Shown one piece after another: positions 57,571-64,000 of a DNA stretch of 64,000 nt (position 1 is its first letter; each line of letters starts with the position of its first letter). The position numbers and the translations under genes were made by a program. The stretch is from positions 128,001 to 192,000 of the IMG/VR virus record IMGVR_UViG_3300031555_003590. The stretch is one strand, 5' to 3'. A model generated the notes under the pieces. It did not search any database. It had not been told where the DNA came from and saw only the letters and a list, made by a program, of their open reading frames with translations. The stretch is from a virus. Taxonomy: Duplodnaviria > Caudoviricetes.

Positions 57571-57659
57571 TTTATATTATTTATAATAAGTAACATTCCC
57601 TTAATAGTATTAAGACATTTATATACTAAAAATTATTTTTGTAAAGGAGCGATTTAATC

Positions 57660-58838
57660 ATGAATAAGGGTCTATTTGATTTGACTAATTTTGAGTCTAA
57701 ATCTGATGATGATATCATTAATATGAATATCAACGAATCTGCTAAAAAATGGGATGGTCCTAGTGTAAAGTATTCAGAATATGATAAAATGAGTAAAGAA
57801 GAAAAAGAAGAGTTTCAGAAGAAAGTTAAAGAGCATTTAGATAAGAAAAAGAATGAATCTAAGAATGATGAATCACATAATGAAAGTACAATTTTTGATT
57901 TTTTAGATGCCATTTTTAATGAAGGAGCTTCTGAGTTTGCTCATCATAATCCTGATACTAATCATCCTAGTGATACTTTTGATAGCACTGCTCTTTCTGG
58001 TAATGAACAACCTATTTCTATTCCTGGTGGCTTAAAAGAGACTCCTAATGCTAAACCTTATGATGCTTCTAGTGTTACTATTCCTGGCGGAGATAGCGAA
58101 ACTCCTAAAGCTAAGCCTTATGATTCCGCTAGCATTTCTGTACCTAGTAAAACCATTTTAACTACAGCTGAATGGGATACTGCTATGGCTGCTTTAAAGA
58201 AGAGCTTTAAAGAAGGCGTAGAAATTATGGAAATGTTAGAAAAAGTTATTGTAGTTGAAAAGACCACTGAACAACTTCAAGAAGAATATGTTGAAAGTGT
58301 TATTGGTGATCAATTATTAGCTGCATATGAAGATGGTCCTGTATTTGAAGCAGTTGATCGTAAAGATAAAGATGATGTAAAATCTTTAGTTAAAGATCTA
58401 AGAGAAAAGATGCCTGAAATGGCTAAGAAATATAATATTAAATTTAAGCCTCCAAAGACATTTTTAAGATTATTACTTAATTCTAGTGCAACAATTAATA
58501 CATCTGAAACATCTAAATATCATGTAGCAGATAGAGTAAATTGGTGGACTACTAGATTCTGGCAGGTACTTGGTGTAGTATATGCTGATAATGCTGATAT
58601 TAAAACAGTTATCGAAAGTATGAATGAAGATCTAAAGGATACTCTTGGTGAGTATAGAATTCTTTATTCAATGTCATTCAAAGGTCTATATGATCTTTGG
58701 AATACCAAGTTTGGGTGGAAGAATAGAAATGAAGTATTTTTCTTAATTGTTGATAAAACATTGCCTAAAGAACTAAAAGCAATTCAAACAGATATGGAAG
58801 AAGCTTTAAATAAAAAAGAAGAAAAGAAAGAAAAGTAA
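57660..58838 (+). CDS. Putative internal head protein with internal 20-aa duplication
   Basis: INES, HNES, FNEG, YVES, VFEA sites; IPGG..ETP.AKPYD..S repeated twice. Confidence 0.55.
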   Translation: MNKGLFDLTNFESKSDDDIINMNINESAKKWDGPSVKYSEYDKMSKEEKEEFQKKVKEHLDKKKNESKNDESHNESTIFDFLDAIFNEGASEFAHHNPDTNHPSDTFDSTALSGNEQPISIPGGLKETPNAKPYDASSVTIPGGDSETPKAKPYDSASISVPSKTILTTAEWDTAMAALKKSFKEGVEIMEMLEKVIVVEKTTEQLQEEYVESVIGDQLLAAYEDGPVFEAVDRKDKDDVKSLVKDLREKMPEMAKKYNIKFKPPKTFLRLLLNSSATINTSETSKYHVADRVNWWTTRFWQVLGVVYADNADIKTVIESMNEDLKDTLGEYRILYSMSFKGLYDLWNTKFGWKNRNEVFFLIVDKTLPKELKAIQTDMEEALNKKEEKKEK

Positions 58839-58846
58839 TTAAATAA

Positions 58847-58885
58847 AAAATAAATAGGAGAGGGATTTCCTCTCCTATTTATTTT
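58847..58885. terminator. Bidirectional terminator
   Basis: AAAATAAATAGGAGAGG-N5-CCTCTCCTATTTATTTT. Confidence 0.8.
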
Positions 58886-59099
58886 ATTCTATACAATCTT
58901 TATTTAAGTCTTCTACAATGTTAGCAGTAAATACAGCTTCATCACTAACACCCATAATATCATCAAATGATAATTGTTCAGATTCTTTTACACCAGGCAT
59001 TTTCTTTTCTACAAAATTATCAATCTTATTTATAATAGATGATTTAATACTACCAATATAAGTATTATGAGTATTGCCCTTGTTATCATAGAATTTCAT
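58884..59099 (-). CDS. Small hypothetical protein
   Basis: AAAGGAGG RBS. Confidence 0.7.
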   Translation of the reverse strand: MKFYDNKGNTHNTYIGSIKSSIINKIDNFVEKKMPGVKESEQLSFDDIMGVSDEAVFTANIVEDLNKDCIE

Positions 59100-59116
59100 T
59101 TAATTATCCTCCTTTA

Positions 59117-59324
59117 TTAATGTTTATTTCTTCCTAATAATATTATATTATATATCGATATATTTTTAGAACCATCTTCTAGTTTAGATGATATAAAATC
59201 GATAACAGAATTAATATCTTCAAATGTTTTTTATTTTTTCTTTACGAGATAATTGTATGGTCCCTTTACATGACGTTAAATATTTATCATTGGTAAACTC
59301 ATATGCAATTAAATAATCATACAT
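59117..59324 (-). pseudogene. Small gene broken by a +1 frameshift in a poly-A tract
   Basis: MYDYLIAYEF...RKEKI then KTFEDINSVIDFI...RNKH-stop if one A is removed from A6-T-A6 at 59227-59239. Confidence 0.6.
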
Positions 59325-59336
59325 TAACAATTTTCA

Positions 59337-60221
59337 TCATTCCTTATATTCAAATATTTGTTTACCTTTATTATCATATATAGTAATAGTATATGATAAT
59401 TCAGCCATTCTAATAAATCTACTAAACAATTGTGCAGACAATGATTTTTTACCATTAATAGTAGTCATCATATTATTAATAGTATAATCATCTACCTCAT
59501 CTGACTTTAATGTATTTTTAGTTATATTCTCCATAATCATTAATATTTTGATAATCTTTTTAAATGGATCATCTTTAGTATTAATGATAGTATCAAATTT
59601 AACAATACCAGTATCAAATTCATTTTTTGGATATCGATATGTTAATAATTTCTTTTTATTATTATAAACTTCAATTACATAATTGATATGAAGTATAACA
59701 TCTGTCCATATATGCCATTTATCTAATCGCATAAATGTAATTCGAATTAATGCAGCATAATAATTCTCAATCATCTTTTCAGATAATTTAGGAGATGCCA
59801 TATCATATAAATCAATCATTGTAATTTGTTTTTGATTAATAACACCTTTAATACATTGAGTAAACATATTATCCTCATCAGTTATTTGAGGCTTTAATAT
59901 AGTATCATTTTCACTACGACGTTGTTGATATAACACTTTATTTGCAACATCTTTATTTATGTTAGATGATATAGTATTAATATCAATTTTAGTTACATCA
60001 ATATCAAATCGTTTATCGATTGCAAAATTTGAAATATATGTTTTATTTCCATCCCATACTGGAAAATATCCTGTTCTAGGATTAGCCCTGTTTTCTATTT
60101 TAGAATAATAGAATAATCTACCATTATTGTCATAATATAATTTTCCTTCTATTGGATTATTGGTATTAAAATCTCCATATACTTCAAATGTTTTATTATT
60201 ACTGGGGATAATTCCAATCAT
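59337..60221 (-). CDS. Hypothetical protein with tandem HTH-like repeat domains
   Basis: D..F...IK.......IT...L......I.N repeated twice. Confidence 0.6.
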   Translation of the reverse strand: MIGIIPSNNKTFEVYGDFNTNNPIEGKLYYDNNGRLFYYSKIENRANPRTGYFPVWDGNKTYISNFAIDKRFDIDVTKIDINTISSNINKDVANKVLYQQRRSENDTILKPQITDEDNMFTQCIKGVINQKQITMIDLYDMASPKLSEKMIENYYAALIRITFMRLDKWHIWTDVILHINYVIEVYNNKKKLLTYRYPKNEFDTGIVKFDTIINTKDDPFKKIIKILMIMENITKNTLKSDEVDDYTINNMMTTINGKKSLSAQLFSRFIRMAELSYTITIYDNKGKQIFEYKE

Positions 60222-60281
60222 TTAATCACCTACCATTTCAATTATAATTTATTAATATTCAATATAATAATATATAAATAA

Positions 60282-60313
60282 AATACAGGAGACCTATAAT
60301 GGTCTCCTGTATT
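60282..60313. terminator. Hairpin terminator
   Basis: AATACAGGAGACC-N6-GGTCTCCTGTATT. Confidence 0.75.
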
Positions 60314-60320
60314 ATTAATA

Positions 60321-60980
60321 TTATATTTTAGGTAAAATATCCACATTTGGTAATGGAAAATCATTACTATTGTTAATAGTATTATTAATACCTTTATTAT
60401 CTTTATTTACAAATCCATTATACATACATAATGCAATAGAATCGACATCTAATTTTCCAATATTAAACACTAATGAAGTTAACTCATTAATTGTTAACAG
60501 TACACTAGATTGTTCATTATTAAATTTCATCTTGATTCCTTCTACTCTGCTTTCATCTGGTTGTACAATTACAACTGCAGATAATTCAACAGTAGTATTG
60601 CCAATCATAAATACTCTACGTATATTTTCAGCTAATGATTCATTTAGTTCTAACCGTTTACCATGATAAGTATATAATTCAGGTTTCTTCATATCCTGTT
60701 GAATACCATATAATTCTTCATATAATATTGGTAAATTATATTTGGTCATAACTAAATTATCATTTGGATTCCATGGAGCTTTAATACGATTACCATTTTC
60801 ATCAGTTTCAATAGCTCTAGTAATGGTAAGTCCAACTAATGGATTTATATTTAAACTAGTAAATTTATTTCCTTCATATATACTATTATATTCAGAATTT
60901 TTATCATCAACAATGATTCTAACTTCCATATATAATTTACTAACTATATTTAATACGCGATATTTTACTGTATGCTTCAT
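60321..60980 (-). CDS. Hypothetical protein
   Basis: GAGGAGG RBS; follows the RNAP gene directly. Confidence 0.8.
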   Translation of the reverse strand: MKHTVKYRVLNIVSKLYMEVRIIVDDKNSEYNSIYEGNKFTSLNINPLVGLTITRAIETDENGNRIKAPWNPNDNLVMTKYNLPILYEELYGIQQDMKKPELYTYHGKRLELNESLAENIRRVFMIGNTTVELSAVVIVQPDESRVEGIKMKFNNEQSSVLLTINELTSLVFNIGKLDVDSIALCMYNGFVNKDNKGINNTINNSNDFPLPNVDILPKI

Positions 60981-60981
60981 T

Positions 60982-61416
60982 TTATTCCTCCTCTGAACCC
61001 ATTAAGAACTTTTCATCAAATACACGATAATTCTCTCTAGGATCTTTTTCAACTACTATTTCCATTGGATTATTTGGAATTCCGTATATTTGAATTTTAC
61101 CTTCAGTTGCTCTAACTAATGAGTTCAAGATTTCATTATAAGCTCTTTCATTTTCAGCTTTAATTTTCAATTCTTCATGATCATCATCTAAAGGATATTC
61201 ATCTAAATAATTTGAAATTTTATAATGCATTTCATTTTCATATAAACTATCATCAAAGTACATTGAATTCATATCACAATAAGGTGATAATGATACTGAC
61301 TGGCCTGGGTCTGAACTACTAGAGTCTGCGAGGCAAAGGTATGATACCATACTTGGATGCAATGTTCTTTGTCTAATTGGTATTCTTCTGGCATCATTTC
61401 CGCCTAAACTGTTGGG
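60982..61416 (-). CDS. RNA polymerase beta N-terminal subunit, last exon
   Basis: PNSLGGNDARRIPIRQRTLHPSM...DPG..VSLSP corresponds to the bacterial beta fork-loop/Rif region (GPGGL...RDVHPTHYGR.CP.ETPEG.NIG). Confidence 0.85.
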   Translation of the reverse strand, partial: PNSLGGNDARRIPIRQRTLHPSMVSYLCLADSSSSDPGQSVSLSPYCDMNSMYFDDSLYENEMHYKISNYLDEYPLDDDHEELKIKAENERAYNEILNSLVRATEGKIQIYGIPNNPMEIVVEKDPRENYRVFDEKFLMGSEEE

Positions 61417-61899
61417 CAGATATCTTCATATAGTATTGTAAGTACTATACAGTTCTCACTACTATAATTAGTAGATGAACTTCTCTAGTTCTCACTAGAA
61501 GCTGAGACTATATCTTCCTACTATAATCTATTACCAATTATAGTAAGCCTCTCGTTTCCCTTTACATGTAATCATTCCATTATTACATAACCTATTAACT
61601 TGGTAGGTACTCTACTGACTGTACTATGAAAGTATTTCTACTAATCACACAGTTGGTCGATAGTCGTTGAACCTGCAACTAGTTAACACTAGTTGATTAG
61701 CTGCGGATTTTCTCTACCTTATACCTTGTTACCATACTCTAGTTAGTTACTCTAGACCATTATAGTATCACTACTATAACTTGGTAGTATAAGTCTAATA
61801 AGATGTTCCCGCAATTATGAGAGAAAGGGCAATATATTAATGATTATATTATTTTAAAATTAATATTAGTTAATTTTAATATAATATATTCCAAAGTTC
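61417..61899 (-). mobile_element. Group I intron, ORF-less, 483 nt
   Basis: TTGCGGGAAC (P3 region), AATCCGCAGC (Q), GTTCAACGACTA (R), AAGATATAGTC (S), terminal G; splicing joins ...KKG|PNS... in frame. Confidence 0.88.
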
Positions 61900-62157
61900 G
61901 CCCTTCTTTGTTATCTTCCATTTGTTTACAAAGTCCATATCAGAATTACTTTCAGCATATCTTAAGACACCACTACTATATAGTTTAGTAATAAAAATAT
62001 CTTCAGGAAAGCGAAAGAGGTTCATACTATCACGAATAGTAGCTTTAGATCCAAGACTTACTATTCTATTTATTCGTTTAGATACTTCAGCTGTAACTAG
62101 TGTACCTAAATATTCATTGCAACGAAGTCTTTTATTTATCATTGATAGATTATCTTT
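61900..62157 (-). CDS. RNA polymerase beta N-terminal subunit, middle exon (86 codons)
   Basis: KDNLSMINKRLRCNEY (beta D.L.NRR.R..GE motif) ... KITKKG; both boundaries in phase 0. Confidence 0.85.
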
Positions 62158-63712
62158 CATATATCTTCATATAGTATTGTAAATACTATACAGTTCTCAC
62201 TACTATTATTAGTAGATGAACTTCCTCTAGTTTTCTAGAGAGATGAGACTATATCTTCTCAATACATTTAAATATATTGAGTCTCTTCATTTCCATTTAA
62301 ACCTTTCGGTACCTCATTAACTTAGGCTGTACTCTACTCACAATATTGTTTTCGATAGTCGTTGAACTTCTTACTTTAATAAAATATAGATATTCTCTGG
62401 TAAAATATCATATACATTTTCTGAGCTCTTTAAATTCTGATTTAGATATTTGGGAAGTCATAATAATAGAAAGAAGCTTTTTATATGTTATAATAGAATT
62501 GTCTTTTAGAACTAATACTTCTGTATTATCTTCTAATTTATTATTGTATGCTTTAACTATATAAGCATCAAAGTCATCAGTCTGGTATGGACGTTGAGAG
62601 TCATTAAATTTAATTAAATCTAATAGATCAATGTTCTTACCACAATAATTAACTTTTCCATGCTCAATATTATGAATCTTTCCATCAATATCTACTAAAA
62701 TATTTCCATCTTCACTATAGATTATAAAATCCCATATATGATATGGACTAATCCTTTTACTATTAGTTACTGGGTTAATTGGAAACATTTTATTGAAATC
62801 AGGATGTTTAATTTGATTTCTATATTGCCATTTATAATTAACCTTTTTAGTTAGTAAAGGAATTTTATCTAAATCTTCACAAAAGATAATTTCAGTAGGT
62901 CCCTTAATAATTTTATCTGATTCAATTATACTATCAAGTCTATTTTTATAAGAATTATCTAAATTTTCATCACTTATATTATCCCAATATTCTACTAAGT
63001 GAAGCATTTTTAATTCTCGTTCTTCTAATGTTAAACTAGCCCAATGTACTAATTGTATTTCTGATAAATGTTGTCTATTTTTGGGATTTTTGAAATATTC
63101 TTTTGTACGATTAGAAATTATCGATGGAAAATCTACACTTGCACGATAAGCATCTCCGACAACCTTTAAATCTTTCTTTCTCTTCGATTTAAATTCTTCA
63201 GGTCTATCATCCCAAATTTGTTTACACAACTTAGAATGACTTTCAACATTCTTAGGATCATCAAAATACTTTTTATTGCCTTCTCTTAAAGCTTCAGTAT
63301 TTCTTTTTCCACTGCAACTTTTACAAATATGAGATCGTGATTGTCTATATGATTTAAAAGTAATCTCATATACTTTACCGCAATCTTCACATGTTACTGG
63401 AACTTTTACAATTTCTCTACATTTTGGACATGCCCAAATATTATCAGGATAATATTTATTGGTAATAAGTATTTTATTACACCCTTTACATGTATATGTG
63501 AATTTATTACCTGTCATATAATAACCTCCTTTCTATTAGAATATATACCAGATTTATTTTATTAAAGTAATTTAGTTGCTGATTTTCTAATCCTAAACGT
63601 TTTTACAATCCAATAGTCATTACACTATCTGCTACACTATACATTACTGCTAGCTGCTGTAGTTTAGGCTCTAAAGATGTTCCAGCAATTAGAAGAAAAT
63701 GTCCGAAGATCC
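62158..63712 (-). mobile_element. Group I intron with homing endonuclease, 1555 nt
   Basis: P1 GTCT|GGATCTTCGGAC with U.G wobble; P10 ATCTT pairs with exon AAGAT; TTGCTGGAAC, AATCAGCAAC (Q), GTTCAACGACTA (R), AAGATATAGTC (S), terminal G. Confidence 0.9.
62408..63517 (-). CDS. Intron-encoded homing endonuclease (Zn fingers + Vsr-like/EDxHD-type nuclease)
   Basis: Four CxxC pairs, helical repeats, WDFII...LVDIDGKIH...D; lies between Q and R (P6 loop); own AAGGAGG RBS and TATATATT motif. Confidence 0.82.
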   Translation of the reverse strand: MTGNKFTYTCKGCNKILITNKYYPDNIWACPKCREIVKVPVTCEDCGKVYEITFKSYRQSRSHICKSCSGKRNTEALREGNKKYFDDPKNVESHSKLCKQIWDDRPEEFKSKRKKDLKVVGDAYRASVDFPSIISNRTKEYFKNPKNRQHLSEIQLVHWASLTLEERELKMLHLVEYWDNISDENLDNSYKNRLDSIIESDKIIKGPTEIIFCEDLDKIPLLTKKVNYKWQYRNQIKHPDFNKMFPINPVTNSKRISPYHIWDFIIYSEDGNILVDIDGKIHNIEHGKVNYCGKNIDLLDLIKFNDSQRPYQTDDFDAYIVKAYNNKLEDNTEVLVLKDNSIITYKKLLSIIMTSQISKSEFKELRKCI

Positions 63713-64000
63713 AGACCACAACTTATGATAATTTTGTATAATCCAGCGTAATAAATAATAAATGTTTTGTTTATCATATTCATCTATCTTTAATTCTTTT
63801 CTAGTAACATCATCTAATAAACGATTGAAGAATATATGTTGATATTGACCTCTACTAATAGTATTCTTACCACCTACTAATATCATCCATTGTTCCCAAT
63901 TATCAATATCTTTATATTCAATTTTAGTTTCTTCAAATAGTTTAATTAAACAACCTACTATTGATTGAATATAAATTTCTTTTTCAAATATATCTTTCAT
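63713..64000 (-). CDS. RNA polymerase beta N-terminal subunit, upstream exon (probably continues beyond window)
   Basis: F.RLLDDVTRKEL.I....K.NIY.LLRWIIQNY..LWS joins KDNL after splicing. Confidence 0.8.

Noticed and set aside
58012-58146. 60-nt direct duplication in the 57660 gene as a mobile or regulatory repeat
   Set aside because: In-frame, diverged at synonymous sites; best explained as an ordinary protein repeat
59226-59239. A-AAA-AAC as a programmed -1 frameshift site
   Set aside because: The downstream open frame requires a +1 shift, not -1
61417-62260. Near-identical repeats read as DGR template/variable repeats or as a transposon end
   Set aside because: Both copies are non-coding 3' ends of group I introns; no reverse transcriptase or transposase in the window
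32-62564. Many short ORFs in the track antisense to or overlapping long genes (e.g. 32..283, 429..614, 2085..2339, 10683..11027, 11816..12148, 13721..14047, 22014..23264, 24660..26619, 38425..39557, 46340..48878, 50384..50686, 60370..60996, 61922..62564)
   Set aside because: Shadow frames of real genes: no RBS, biased Ile/Phe/Ser composition, no motifs
1-64000. Alternative genetic code (stop-codon reassignment as in some gut jumbo phages)
   Set aside because: Conserved genes are full length in code 11, and TAG and TGA both serve as real stops (e.g. rtcB ends TAG, ppk1 and nrdG end TGA)
1-64000. CRISPR array, tRNA or rRNA genes
   Set aside because: No regularly spaced direct repeats and no cloverleaf or rRNA-like segment seen by eye; tRNAscan-SE would be needed to exclude tRNAs fully
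60982-64000. ORFs 60982..61362, 61876..62160 and 63689..64000 as three separate small genes or a pseudogene
   Set aside because: They join in frame after removing two group I introns; the track's starts and stops lie within intron sequence or mid-exon
1-64000. Phage nucleus shell (chimallin) or PhuZ tubulin genes
   Set aside because: No tubulin signature motif and no ORF I can recognise as chimallin in this window; absence from the genome cannot be concluded

Overview
This AT-rich window (roughly a quarter GC by eye) comes from a jumbo phage of the phiKZ/AR9(PBS1)-like type. The host is most likely an anaerobic Firmicute, judging from strong Shine-Dalgarno sites, NrdD/NrdG and an amidase-SH3 lysin. 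It carries three split multisubunit RNA polymerase genes: a beta C-terminal piece, a beta' C-terminal piece and a beta N-terminal gene interrupted by two group I introns, one of which holds a homing endonuclease. Other recognisable genes are NAD-dependent DNA ligase, a GyrA/ParC-type topoisomerase subunit, RNase H, PPK1, a MazG-like pyrophosphatase, portal, a T4 gp21-type prohead protease, baseplate proteins and a family of putative internal head proteins. Almost every transcription unit is delimited by a palindromic hairpin. Two promoter-like motifs recur: TATATATTAT (early-like) and xACx-N6-TA (AR9 late-like). The most notable candidates are (1) a phage-borne rtcB-prfH ribosome repair/rescue pair whose prfH is a recent high-GC import, (2) putative virion-packaged head proteins with C-terminal protein-kinase-like domains, plus DUF29/DUF4160-like cargo proteins with protease-site leaders, (3) a homing-endonuclease/DNA-methyltransferase fusion, (4) a free-standing, catalytically dead intein-like domain, and (5) twin group I introns with near-identical 3' domains, one with a C-G pair at the 5' splice site. 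All family assignments come from motif recognition by eye; no searches were run.
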